DNA from: Carcharhinus amblyrhynchos
Taxonomy: Eukaryota
DNA: 64,000 bases
Direction of reading: 5' to 3'
Assembly (NCBI GenBank): GCA_965287045.1
Contig: OZ336903.1
Location: forward strand, 1,302,001-1,366,000
Shown: piece by piece, positions 11,062-24,100 of the stretch
How positions within the stretch are numbered: the stretch's first letter is position 1
Layout: every line of letters starts with the position of its first letter
The notes under the pieces: generated by a model
Seen by the model: only the letters and a program-made list of their open reading frames with translations
Databases searched by the model: none
Told to the model about the DNA's origin: nothing
Translations under genes and position numbers: made by a program

Positions 11062-12635
11062 CTGAAACTATAAAATAAATAGAGTGAGAATTACAACAAA
11101 TCCCACATCCAGCTAAACGCATCACATGTGCTGTATTTTATTTTACAATATTCCAGTCCAACCAGCTGTTTATTTCTCTCTAAAACACACTGCACCTTCT
11201 CTCTGATCCTTTCATTGTAATTCACCACTGGAAATACTGCAGGGTTTGGATCTTGCTGGATGGTAAGGAGATGATAAGGTGAGTTTTGGACAGCTACATT
11301 TCTAGCGGCAGCGATTGGGAAATGTTAGGATGGTGTGGAAATTCCTGGGACGTGAGAGATGACGAGACTGTGCCCATTTCCTCTTAATCTTCAAGAGGCA
11401 AAATTCCAAGTTCCGGGAGTTAAAATCCCGCTCATTGAGATCGCGCTTTGACCATATTGTAGATCAGAATTTAAGCAAAGATATATGTTTTATTTTAAGC
11501 CCTCTTCAATAGAGCATTTGGTGAACAGTTAGAAATGTAGCAGGTTTGGAGAAAGGGGTGGCTGGGACAAGGACGAAGGGAAGGTCTGTGGTAGACATGA
11601 GAGTTTGAATGAGAGAAAAGTGAATCCCCCCCAGAGCCAAAGGGAATGGAGATGGAGAAAAAAAAACAAATGAACAGAAACTGGGCCTGGAGCAGGGGCG
11701 GTGCTGAAACAAAATGGACTCACAGTTTACTTTCTCAAACTGTTTGACTGGATATTAAGTCCAGAAAGCTGTCAGGTGTGGAGGGTTTGGGTAAGTGGGA
11801 GGATTTCCCCTGGACCTGCTCCAGGCCCTGGTTTAAACTGTCATCTGTAGATCCAGGATGGGTGTGGCTGGCGGGGGAGGCAGGGTTCCCTCTGGCTGAT
11901 CTGCAGTGGTCTTGTCAGTGCCCAGTTCGATCTGATCTGTGCAGCCCAACACACTGGAAAATGCGTGAAAGGAAATGAAGATTAGAAATCTAACTAATGT
12001 GTCAACTCCTTCAGAGGGTCACACACTGTATTCTGACAAAGTGAACTGGATTACACTGAATGGGAAGTCATGTAATGTAACCCTCACAGGCTTCATGAAT
12101 GAAGTACATTTTTTTCGGGGGGTGGGGGGGTGGGGGGGATTAGCTTCAGACTCCAGCCTGGTTGTTTCAATAAACAGGAGCTGATGTCTATCTGTGTGTA
12201 TGTGTGTCTGTTTCCCTGGGTACGGTTCCCTGAGAGTTTAAAATTCTGCATCTCTCTCTCCCTCTCTCTCTGTGGAGCTGCTGGTTAAAGACACATTGAC
12301 AATATTTATCTGACAGAAACTCCCCTCCCCCATTCAGTGCTTCTGATTTCAAAAACGTTTAGACGTTTTTTTGCAGCTCTGATCTGTGGTGACTCAATAA
12401 ACATTAAGCAGAGAGCACACACATTCACACAAATAGACAGGAAACAACAGAGATTGGCTTGGAAATAAGAAGTGTAAATATAAATGCAGCAACAAAGAAC
12501 TTTGCAAGAAAGTATTTGAGTTCAGGCAACTTAAGCAAAACGTGAACTTTGCAAGAATCAGCAAAACCTGAAGCCGCTGGAATGCTGGATGAGCAAGTTA
12601 TACAATCCACAGTCAGACCTGATCTCTCTCTGGAC

Positions 12636-12845
12636 AGTAAGAAATCTCACAACACCAGGTTAAATTCCAACAGGTTATTTGGTGGGAAAAGCCACTAGCT
12701 TTCGGACCACTGCTTCTTGGTCAGGTGAATGGATTTCAGTTCCCAAACACGGCATATAAAGGCACAAACTCAATTTATAAACTGATGTTGTGAAACGTCT
12801 CACTGTGTTTACCCCAGTCTAACGCCGACACCTCCACATCACCAC
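12636..12845. mobile_element. Penelope-like pLTR in inverted arrangement, specific to copy 1
   Basis: Reverse-complement pLTR at 12636-12780 followed by a forward pLTR end (...ccccagtctaacgccgacacctccacatca); absent near 48960. Confidence 0.65.
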
Positions 12846-12908
12846 ATCATCTCTGTCTGGGCAGGGCTGCTGGTTACTTTCAATCCATTTTCCCCTCATC
12901 CCCGAGTG

Positions 12909-12909
12909 A

Positions 12910-12978
<69 letters not shown>

Positions 12979-12999
12979 GACAGAGAGAGGTAGAGAGAG
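12909..12999. repeat. (GA)n/(GACA)n microsatellite
   Basis: Read directly from the sequence. Confidence 0.95.
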
Positions 13000-13244
13000 A
13001 GCCTTGGGATAAACAATTTGCCTGGTGCTCAGCAACGCACATAGACACAGCACCCCCACCCCCAACCCCTCAGAGACAGGTTGGTGTTGGACTGGGCTTT
13101 ACCTGAAGTAGGTGGGCTCAGGTGAGATGCAGGAGATGTGGTTGGATGGGGGTTGATTGGGGAGTTGTGGGCAGTTAGTGTGATTCAGTGAGGGTATAAA
13201 AAGTCTGGGGATCAATTGTTCTGTTTCTGTGCACATGAGTTGAT

Positions 13245-13385
13245 NNNNNNNNNNNNNNNNNNNNNNNNNNNNNNNNNNNNNNNNNNNNNNNNNNNNNNNN
13301 NNNNNNNNNNNNNNNNNNNNNNNNNNNNNNNNNNNNNNNNNNNNNNNNNNNNNNNNNNNNNNNNNNNNNNNNNNNNNNNNNNNNN
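13245..13385. other. Assembly gap
   Basis: N run. Confidence 1.
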
Positions 13386-14991
13386 CTTTTTACCCACCAC
13401 ATAGCCCCTAGCCCTGGAACTCTCTCCCCCACAAGCAGGACTCTGGGACTGAGAACAAGCCTTACCCCAGGCTCAGGAATTTGAATTTCAGCTCCCTCTC
13501 CCTCCCGGTGCTTTACAGTGAGATGGAGAAAGAGAGACTGGGAATGCCACAGTCAGGTTCCACAGGGAATCCAACACTGCAAGAGGACACACCCGACACT
13601 CAGGGCCTCTGTCTCTTTCCCCCATCATCTCCCCGAGCCCCTGACGTTCCCCAACCGTTCTCTGTTCAAACTGTCAAATGTGATTGATCTATAATGGAAC
13701 CAATACATCCATCGAGGATTCCACGAGATATTTTGAACCATCAGTGATTCTTTTAGGCACAATTTGCAACCCAATTGCTCTGATATTGCTCATTGTGCAA
13801 TTAACTTTGCGACAATGCATCAATGATTCAATGAAGAGAGTGTCAACGCCTGTTGTGAGCGGAAGCAGATATGTCTAATTTGAAATAATAACCTATTGAA
13901 GGCCCAACAAGGAGAATACAACAGGTGCAGAACCGTGAAGGAAGTCTAAAATAATCAACGCAAATCATTGCCAATGATACCAGATTCGATCTATGTTTTG
14001 CAGTGCAGACTCACCTCAAAATGAGTAAGGGTTGGCAATTCAACAATTATTTGGGGGAGGAGGCTCCACACTGGTGTGACAGGCCCGCATGTGAATATAA
14101 TGGAGGAGGCTAAATCATCGCAGATAATCTACAGGCAGAAATGTTGGTTTGATGTTTCACATTTGTTTCATGGGTTCAGCATGCCAGACTTCAGCCATTT
14201 TACACCCGTCCACGTGATATCAAGGAGCGACTGAAGGTGCTGGAAAATGATCAGTCATTAATGCAGATTATCCAAAGCCAATAGTGTGGAGTTTGTGTCG
14301 TTTTCACACAGACAGCTGATCCCACAGATCACAGATAAGAGGGCTCATTTCTGGCAGTTAGCTAAAGTTCAACAGGCAGGGAAGCGGCAGGGCACCAGGC
14401 ACCAGAGGCAAATATTCAACACATTACCAACTGCTGCATTCAGAATTATTGAAACATCTGGATTGAAAGAGAATTTTGCATGATGAGGACAGAGAGAGTT
14501 GATATCAGAGTAAGGTAGTGACTTGGGTGAGGGAAGAAGGAAACACATATGATGGAACGCAGGAAAATAGGGAGATAGAAAAATAACAAAAAAAAACTGA
14601 ACGTAGGCAGGGTAGTCAAGAATGGGGAAATGGAACAATTAGAGATATGTAAGGGCACAAATGATAAAAACTGACGACTTTAATTTATATAACGCCTTTT
14701 ACACACTCAGAATATCCCACAGAGAATCATTGCCAATGCTAAAACTGCCATCAATGAAATAAGATACAAAGTGTTGCAGTGAATACAGCACAAACAAGAA
14801 TGGCACGTATTACAAACTATCCGGGTATTTAATCTTTTCCAGTGAGTTTGTCAGTGAATAGCGATGTCTTAGCATAACGATTCCTCACAGCAGACACACA
14901 ATATGTTGGAGAGCGGAAGATTAAACAACCACTACAACAATGACAGAAATAAGAGGCAGAGTAACCAGTGGACAAGTTAACCTTACAAATT

Positions 14992-15208
14992 ATTTGCATT
15001 TTATTATGAATCTCCGGTTGAATCATTTACCCGATTTTTTTTTTAAGTTTGTGATCAGTAACCTGCAGAAGAGAACACATTTAACACATTTAATCTCTGA
15101 TCACAGGAACTGTTTGTCTGTGCGCTGTTCTTCAGTAAGAAGCAACTTGGAGCGAAACCCCACATTATGTGAGTGAACAGCTTAATATTTAACACGTCTC
15201 AATATAAA
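14992..15208 (+). promoter_or_regulatory. Defensin-like gene A promoter: octamer ATTTGCAT (14992) and TATAAA (15203)
   Basis: Both motifs are conserved upstream of all three copies (56088/56289; 58643/58845); TATA lies 48 nt before the ATG. Confidence 0.55.
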
Positions 15209-15250
15209 GAACTCCCACACTCAAGTCGTCTCATTGCAACTTATTGGAAA

Positions 15251-16281
15251 ATGGGGAAAGTGCTGTGCATAATATTTGGTGTCTTGCTGCTGGTGCAGGA
15301 AAGTGCTGTCCAAGAAGCCCGCGTCTACGCTCTTGAAGAAGACGGTCAGTATATCTCATGGTTGCCAAAATACGGATGTTCCTACTCTGCATTGTAACGC
15401 GCTTTTTTTAATACAACTTTCTATCACTCGTATCTATCACTGGTTTGGATCTCAGATCTGGCAAATGTCACCGCTTTATTCCTGCCAAAATCTGAATGAT
15501 TTAAGTTTAAATTCAAACAATGTTCTTCAGCTTTATTTTTGTCGTCCGTCCTATTCCCATACACATCCCCCCCACCCACCCGCCCCTCCTCCCCCCTTCC
15601 CCCCCACCCACCCGCCTCTCCTCGCGCCCCCCCCCCCCCTCCCCCACCCTCCTCCACAATCTTCACATCTTTATCTCCTAAAAGGTTACCAGGCACAAAA
15701 TTTTCACAGAACTCTGCTCTCCAAAAATAATCAGCCGAATCTCATCACTTCCTCCAAGGCGAACTTACTTTCTCCAGTTCCCTCACTGCTCCTCACTGAT
15801 ACTTGATTTCAAATCTTATCACATAATTATTCCAAAGTGCATTATTATAAGAAAGTCACTAATAAATCTAATCAGGTGTACAAACGAAAAATAAATAAAT
15901 ATAAAGTGAACGGAATTTTTAACTCACTGACACCAGCAATGATTTTTTTTTTGAACAATGAATGTAAACGTTAGAGGAAGCTCGTTTAGCACTTGAAGGA
16001 GAAAGATAATTTTGTAAGATTGTATTTTTACAACCGCCCTCAACTGCATGTAACAAAACCGCCTCGGATTGCTGATGTTCTCATGTCTACCGTCTATTTC
16101 ATCACCCATAAATGCAGACCAAATATTCCTCTTTTGTTTTGTTTCAGAGGCGAGGTTCAGATGCAGAATACTTGGAGGGGTCTGCCGATATGGAAGCTGC
16201 GCACCGGACCGGGTTCTTCCGGTTTCTAATCTGTGTTGGTATGGCCAACACTGCTGCGCGGATCCAGCACTTTTGCAATGA
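15251..16281 (+). CDS. Beta-defensin-like gene A, join(15251..15344,16148..16281), 75 aa
   Basis: MGKVLCIIFGVLLLVQESAVQEARVYALEED|EARFRCRILGGVCRYGSCAPDRVLPVSNLCWYGQHCCADPALLQ*; G|gtcagt donor, ttttgtttcag acceptor, phase-1 intron, C-x6-C-x4-C-x11-C-x5-CC, AATAAA at 16385. Confidence 0.85.
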
Positions 16282-16489
16282 AATATTTGAATTGTAATCG
16301 TTTCCTTAGCAGCCAGCTTCAAATCGGCCGTCCTTTCATTGTGGCTGCAACAGATCTCTGCATTTCAGAATTATAAAATATATCAATAAAACTCACTGGA
16401 CTGATCACCGATTATTGTGCAGATCTGGTTTCTCATCCGGTTTCTATATTCCTGCATTAACACAAAGGGAAAATATATCAGAAAATGTC

Positions 16490-18300
16490 ACACTGGGGAC
16501 ATAGATTCATTCAGTGAAGAAACGGCCTTCAGGCGACCACTTCTGCTCCATAAATATCGATCACTAATGGCAAAGTAAACATATTTCTCTGTACTTATCC
16601 CATATTATTGAATAGTAAAACAATTCAAGCCCATTCAAATCCGTTTTAAGCTTGGAAATGTTATGACCTTGCCGACCTTCCCAGGCAGTTTATTCTAATT
16701 TCACATTACATTTTGAGTGAAGAAGTTGCCTTTTCTCAAATCTCATCTGAGTCTCGTGGCCCTCATCCTAAAAGTATGCGCCTTCATTATTCACCCCTCA
16801 ACCAAGGGAACCGGTGTTTTTTCATTCATCCTCTCTATACCCCTATAATCCTATCACCTAAACCATGCCTCCCTGAAAGTTATTTGCTCTAAACAAAGGA
16901 ATATAGAAAACAGAAGCAAGAATTATCAATTTGGTATTTTGAACCTATCCTCCCAATCATCTTGATCACGGCTGTTCATCAAGTTCAATATCCTGACCCC
17001 CACCCTCCCTACTATATCCATTGAGCCCGTGAGATCAAGAGGTACACCAAATTTATTATTCAAAACACACAACTGTTGGGCCCGACTACTTTTGTAGTAG
17101 TAAATTTCATCGGCTCGTCACTGGCTCTGGTCGATTATTTTCAGCTCACCTCAGTTCTAAAAGTTTTATCCTTTCTCTGAAAATTACGTAACCATTTTTC
17201 GACATCCAACCAATTGGAACATTCTTTGTGATTCTGCCCTGTCCAATCCCGTTGGAATTTTATGCGTTTCTACAAATCTCCCCTCACTCTGCTAACCACC
17301 AGTAAAAACAATCCTCACCGAGGAGTATCTTCTCATATGACAGACCTGCCATCCCAGGAACCAGCCTGGTAAACCTTCGCCGTACTCCCTCTATATCAAG
17401 GGCATCGTTCCTCAGGTAAGGATACCGAATTCAGGATATGGCCTCAAAAATGCCCTGCACAATGTTAATGAAATATCCCCATTGTTATACTCAAATCCTC
17501 TTGCTATTAAGTCCAACATACCATTTTCCTCTGTTACTGTCTGCTGTAGCTGCGAGCTTCCGTTCAGATAAATAATTTAAAGACAATGAAATTCAATCCT
17601 TTTAAAAAAAAAACAAGCAATGCCAACTCACTTGTTCAAATGCTCCATCCCAGGCAGCATTCTGGTAAATGTCCTCTCTACAGCCTCCAGTGTTACCACA
17701 TATTTCCGGGAGTGAGGTGACCAGAATTGCACACAGTATTCCAGCTCTCATTCGCCATTCCCTCATTTTGTTTCTCCTCCAACAGTGATCTTGTCACACT
17801 GATCAGAGAGAAATCAATCTGTCACTGCTCTGCCATTCTAACCATCCAATCATTATCAGCTTTTAATCAATAAACACTCTCCAAAGCATAGTGTCATCTG
17901 CAAACGTGTTAATTGTTCTCCCGTACCACATTACTATCCATGTTGCTATGAATATAATAAACTAGAAACGTTCCAGTGCTGATCATTATAACTTTGGATA
18001 CCGGAATGCCGTCCATCGAACAGCCTCACACCATAATACTTTGAGTCCCAATAGTAAGCCAGTTTCTAATCCAGCTCGCCAAGTTTCCCCAAATTACACT
18101 GGCTTTAGCCTTTTCAATCAATCTCCCAAGTCGGAACTTGACAAATATTTTGCAAAGATCCACAAAACTATAAGAACTGAACTTCCCTTGACCACACACA
18201 AAAAAAAATCGACCAAAATTGTTCGGCATGACATCCATCTGACAAAACCATACTGGATATTTATTATTAACTGATGTACTTCCAACTGAATATTCATCTT
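16490..18300 (-). mobile_element. Nested degenerate CR1 LINE fragments (paralog about 60090-61830)
   Basis: RT-like text in ORF 18026-18238 (VDLCKIFVKFRLGRLIEK...LASWIRNWL) and typical CR1 3' sequences. Confidence 0.7.
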
Positions 18301-18479
18301 TTAAACAAAGCGCATTTTGGAAGTTCGAAATGACAGAACTCTTAGAAACATTAACAGATTAAACCGGGACTGCAAGCCAACAGTTTCCTGAAAGTGGCAG
18401 CAGGAGAGGGGCACTTGGCCAAGAAAATGCGTGTCATGCCAGCCTTTATCTGTCGGTGTCTGGAGTATAAGAATTTTGC

Positions 18480-19010
18480 AGCTAGTTTGAACTTTAATCA
18501 GATAGGGAACACAGAGTACAGTTCTGTTTGGCACACGATAGGATGTGATGGATCTGGATAGGGTACAGAAAACATTTAACAGTTATCTGCTTTGGATGGT
18601 GTTAGCTGCGAGGAGAGTTTGGGCAGAGATTGTTCGATTTCACTTGAACTTTGGAGAATTGGGTATCTGATCGAACTTTGCAAAATGAAGAGAGTCGTGG
18701 ATAAAATGGACAGTCGAACTCGTTTTCCAGGGGGAAAGAAAAAACGCCAATTATTAGGGTACCAAAGTTGAAGGCGAAATGGTGAATGCTTGAAGGAAAT
18801 GTAACAGGTAATTTCATTACACGGGGGAGGGGGAGAGGGTAGGTTCTTGAATGTATGGTCAGTGGAGGTTGTAGGAACAGATTCAATAACAACGTTTAAC
18901 AGGAGTATTGACGGTTACATGAATAGAACAAAGAACAAAAACAGCCCGGGAAAGAGGCTCTTCGGCCCAACGATCCCTTGGCGCCATTTTAACATGGCCA
19001 GTCCCCCCTT
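18480..19010 (+). mobile_element. Degenerate CR1 LINE 3' fragment (paralog about 62000-62540)
   Basis: gagtacagttctg...gggtacagaaaacatttaac...ctcgttttccaggg CR1 signature. Confidence 0.65.
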
Positions 19011-19199
19011 CATCCATGACCCATGATCGGGTGTTCCGGTTTCCTCCCATATTAAGACGTGCGGTTTCGATGCATTGACCTGGACAGGCGCCCCACTGTG
19101 GCGATGAGAGGGATTTCACAGTAACTTCATCAATCAATAAACTGAACTAATGTGTTAAAGATGTTTATTTTTCGAGGTGCGAGAATTATTGGCAAATTG

Positions 19200-20110
19200 A
19201 ACCTTTATTATGGATCAATAATTACCCTTGGAAAGATGGTGATCAGTTTCCTTCACTGCGTACAGTCCAGTGTAGGCTGCTAACACATTCATCGTGTTGT
19301 TAGAAAGTGATTGGATTGATTTGGGTCCATCAACACTGACAGAATGGTGATATGGATGAGTTTCAATGCTCTGGTTTTGACAGATCAGCAGAGGCTCAGA
19401 ATGAATCAGACATTCTTAAAGCTCTGTTACTAGAAATGTTGAAAAATGTGAGTCATTCTGGAAGATCTGTGAAATGTGAGTAAATATTATTGCATTTGGA
19501 AATATATATGTCGTTCAGCAATATTTTTATGAGATTTTGTTTGCCTGTGATGGTGTTGTTGTATCGGCTGCCATACACTGCCTATCGCTAACTGCCATTG
19601 AGAATATGTTACGAACTGCTTTCTTGAACTGCTGCAGTCCACATAGTGCAGGTCCTGCTCGGGGTCCGGTTCCGTGATTTTCCCCAGAGCAGCAGTGAAA
19701 GAAATGCATTTTTTTCCACGTCAGGGTTGTGGGTAACTGGGAGAGATAAAGGATTTGTGATGATGTTCTGATATCTCTACCAATTTGTCCATCTAGCTGG
19801 TAGATTTCTCGGTTTGGACTGTGCTGTGGAAGTGACCATGTTGCTTTGCTGCAGTGCATCTTTTAAACGCTGCACACTGCAGGCAATGGGACGGGATGAG
19901 TGGAGAATCGATTTCATCGACGGCTCGTCACTCAAGCTTGCCAATTTTTTCATGGATGATGCCAAGCTTTCTGAGTGCTGTGCAAATTGGGATAGATTAG
20001 GTAGAAGGCTGTGCATGTTTGGTTGTCGGCGAGTTTTCTTTTTGACGTTTGCTTGTTTAGATCAGAATAATATCAGGAAGAATAGGGTTTCTGAATGGAT
20101 TGCTTGCTGT
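19200..20110 (-). mobile_element. Degenerate LINE fragments
   Basis: Contains reverse-complement matches to the LINE 3' sequence seen at 2530-2945. Confidence 0.45.
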
Positions 20111-20762
20111 TAGTTGTTGGCAGGCATGATCCAGGAGGAGAGAGTTCCTGATAACACGCAGTTAGTGTGTCGTTACCAACAGCTAAAGGCCGTCACTGGA
20201 CAAACGAATCCACAAATCACTTTTCAACTATTTTATTGAAAATAAGTTGTGGACCTCACATGCAGGAATATAGCACGTTAACAGGCAGAAAACAGCGCGA
20301 GTGAGGTGGGTCCACATTTAACCATCCCTTTCTTAATCTCCCCTTGGAAAATTGTGTTTAAATTGTTCAGTTTTACCAACACTTCTTGTGTTTATGTACT
20401 GATAAAATGACGGTCTGAGCTCATGAATATTTCTGTTTTAATGACTGTAACAGCCGAATGATGGTTAGAATTGTCGGGTGATAGTGTTGGGGCCTATCTG
20501 GAGTAAATGAAAACTAATGGATTACTGGATATAAAGTTTGAGGAATTAAAATAAAGAAGGAAAGTTGGAAATCTGACTGCCATCTTCACATGTCACGGCG
20601 CCGTCAGTGGTCCCGAATGCTCGCGGTAGTGCTGGGATACAACATCCTGTTGTATTTAGTTGCTGGGGAAATGCTGTGGACCCTCCCCCTCACTCCAGTG
20701 ACAATTTAAATTACAATAAATGAAGATAACGGAACCAAAACATTGATTAACCTGTTCTAATT

Positions 20763-20768
20763 TTTATT
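20763..20768 (-). terminator. Polyadenylation signal of the SRCR gene
   Basis: AATAAA about 350 nt after the stop; conserved in the orphan paralog UTRs. Confidence 0.6.
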
Positions 20769-21119
20769 TAATGGTATAAGAAGGAAAGTTTTTACAAAGT
20801 AATTTTCAAATGCACTTGGCAAATATTTCATCAAATTTTGAATCATAATAATGGCTCCGTTCCACAATGCAATGCGATGTAACAGCTTTAATATGGACAG
20901 TGCAATGCTAGAAATTCATTCTACGTTGTTTTTCATTGTTCATTGAACGGAACGTTTCTTTTTTCATGCAAAGCAAAGAGAGAAATCATAATTCATTAAG
21001 CATAACATGAAGTAATGTCCAATTAATTTTACACAACAGCAACATTTATATCTGGAGTTACAGCATATTCAACATGGCGATATTTGTGGAAAAGTGAAGG
21101 GGCGTCCCCTTTAAATAAG

Positions 21120-21166
21120 TCATATGCCTGTGGACGTCACATCCTGCTTGTGTTGATGGCGATGAT
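21120..21166 (-). CDS. SRCR gene terminal exon ((D)[14 protein letters not shown])
   Basis: ttttaccgtttcag acceptor, in-frame TGA; homologous exons at about 11.0 and 47.4 kb. Confidence 0.7.
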
Positions 21167-24100
21167 CTGAAACGGTAAAAGAAAAGTGAGTGAGAATTAC
21201 AAACATTTCCACAATCAGGTCAACATTTCACAAGTATTTGTGTTATATTCCAGTTCAGCTGGCAGTTTCTTTCTATCAAATACACACTGCACATTGCTTC
21301 CGATACTGTCAATGAAATGTACCACAGAAAATACTGCAGGAAATCACAAAGCAGAAACCATGTGGGACAGGTCACATCCCTACACTGCGGCACTCCCATT
21401 GGAAAGAATCTCATAAAATACAGTTTAACACTATAATGTATGCTTCGGTGATGAATGGTCACTGCCCAATGGCGGTTAAGAGTCCGTGCTGATGCCACAG
21501 ACAGCATTATTTTACTTATCTGTCGTGAAAGGAACGCACAAGACGGGATCAATGCGGATCGACTGAGAACTGAGGGGGTAAAGAAACTTTTCGTGAAATT
21601 TGGGCTAAACATATCTGCTTTGTTTTATACAATTCGCGGCAGGAACAAAAACCAAATGTCAAATTATTATTTGATTGACTGGGATTCACTTCAAACCAGA
21701 GCGATTATATTCCACACAAGAGGGCGGGAGTCTCCAGTCATATTCGGAAGTGATAATCAACTCAGAATGTTCTCTCAGCATTGGGATTCCATGAAGGACA
21801 TCAGAAAGTGACCTGGATTTCCTCGTAATACCCATGAAATTCTAACTTTCAACCTGAAGTCAAGTGTGTTCCTTAAATTAGTGATCAATTAAACATTGCA
21901 CTTTTGATTGGGTGAATTTTAATGGTAGGTTGAAAACAAGTTTTCACAGCCCCTCAGCTGGAGCTAGTTCATTAGAAAGCAGGATTAATGTAGCTTCAGA
22001 AGCAATTGGTCAAAAACAGAAAACTCCTTCACTGTGACCTTGTCTGGAGCTTCCTGAAACATGGAGTCACAAGGACTGTGCTTGGTGGAATGATGTAATT
22101 TAATTTAAAGGTTAATTTCAATCCAAATGTCTAATGTAAAGGTGAATTTAAATCTAAATGATGATAACAGGCATGCGGGGATGATTTTAGGAGGAAAGTC
22201 TAAATAGTTTGGCGCTACGTGCATTTGGTATTCAGAAGAATGAGAGGTGATCTCATTGAAACATAGGATTGTAATGGGAATTGACAGGGTAAACGCTGAG
22301 AGGATGCCGTCCCCATTAAAGATTCTAGCGCCAGACTGAGGAGTCTCAGTATTAAGGGGCACCAACATAAGACTGAAATTTGCAGAATTTTCTCCTCTGA
22401 GTGGGTGGTGGATCATGGCACAGAGAGCTGTGGAGACAGAGTCCCTGTGCACAGTTAAGTCTGAGATAGGCAGATTGTTGATGAATAAATGAATCAAGGG
22501 TGACGGGGAAGGGGGAAGAGAGTCAATGTGATGAATGTCTGATCAGTCATGATCCGGTGAAGGGTGAACCAGGCTCGAGGGGCTGAACGGCCTTCCCCTG
22601 TCGCAGTTTCTTGTCAAATTATTTTGTACTGATCCCAATCGAATTTCTACAAAACGGAACATTTAATGATTTATCTCACCCAGAGTGTCGAGGTCACCGC
22701 TGGAACTTGTCAAAGTGAAGATACCGTCAGGGCTCCGATTCAGCAGCAAGTGCCCACTCTGGGAGTCAATGGTTCCAGTCTCAGCGTCGTCATAGTCTGT
22801 CAAAGCAGGAGCTGAGAAGTAATCGCGTTTGATTATAGCAATATATAGCTGAGAGATAATAGCAATTAATTAGTAATAAAGGACAGTTAGAATCATACCC
22901 TTAAATGTCTATTATCTCAACAATTATGGGTCAGAAAGAACTGTATCTCTCATGGCGTGGAAATCACTGAGTTTGGGCGCATTGAGTTATTAGGCTAAAT
23001 ATTGTCGTAGTATATTCAAAATTTCGTTCAATATAATCACCTTGCTAATGAATCACCAATCCCTTAAACCCACACTCATTTCACAGCCCAAAATACTTCT
23101 GGGAAATGCATGGAAGTTTAAAAAGAAAAACGTTAAAATGTTTTTTTTCGAAAGGAAGCAAACGTCATTTAAATTTCTGGGAACTACCATAAGACATTGT
23201 TTCAGGCTTTGAGGTTCTGTAACTGAATTATGCTGAAATATCTGAGCTACTTGGCACTGTCATTTCATGGTGTGCACGTCATTGTGTACACATTTGGAGA
23301 TTTCAGAAGCTTTTTAGGTATTACAGAGTGAGAAGACTCGGAAGGAAATGGTAGGATATGAACTTCGACTTACCCTGAATAGAGGAGGAATCCTCTTCAG
23401 AACATTCTGATCCAGGATCTGTGTCTCCCAAACTGTGACTGGTGTAATATTCAATCTGATTGAAGGAGTCAATGCTTGAAGAAACTGGTAAGCACAAAAT
23501 GATTGGCTATTAGACAAATTGTCTGCGGTTGTTTCATTACGTTTTTATGATGATCAAGAACGATTCAGAAAGTCGACGTCGACATCACAACAATTTCAAC
23601 GCCACTGTGACAATGTCCTGACATTTGATCGTGGCACCAGTTTGGGAGAACAGTGAGCAGACTGACTGCAGTGGTTTAAGGGGAAGAGCCAGCGTCACAT
23701 TACTGGGGCAACTATGGATGGATTAATGATGTCACTCTGGTTCTGAACAGTCCAATGTGTGAGATATCAGTGAACAGAAAATAATGTGAAGAACAAATCT
23801 GTTCCGGCTGGGTCAGTGGACAGGGTTTTCTGATACAGAATCCCTTCCCACTTCCATATTGTTTCACTGTCTTTTATCTCCAGAGATGAAAATCCATGAG
23901 TAGTGAAAATGGAGGTCGCAGGCAAGACACAAAAAAAGGCTTGAATAGTCTAAATTGGAGCATTATTTTCATTCTGTTCAGTCATTCTGGATAAATCTCA
24001 GTCCTCAATACTGCTAAAATTCTTGTGAATTATTTTCGAACCTCTCCTGACTCCTGTAGCCTTTGAATAACATCATGCTCAGAGACATGCAATCCACTCC

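Larger units (their letters stand above)
1..13030. repeat. Segmental duplication block A, copy 1 (paralogous to about 36593-49070)
   Basis: Colinear similarity throughout, e.g. position 11 aacttggagggcgattacc = 36603; shares leader exons, minisatellite and orphan terminal exon; differs by copy-specific TE insertions. Confidence 0.95.
13435..19020. repeat. Segmental duplication block B, copy 1 (paralogous to about 54525-62540)
   Basis: Colinear high similarity including the defensin-like gene and CR1 fragments. Confidence 0.95.

Noticed and set aside
14369-14638. Minus-strand ORF recurring in all three defensin units (also 55464-55754, 58017-58289)
   Set aside because: Recurs only because of duplication; non-ATG start, no splice or domain features, antisense to a purine-rich upstream region
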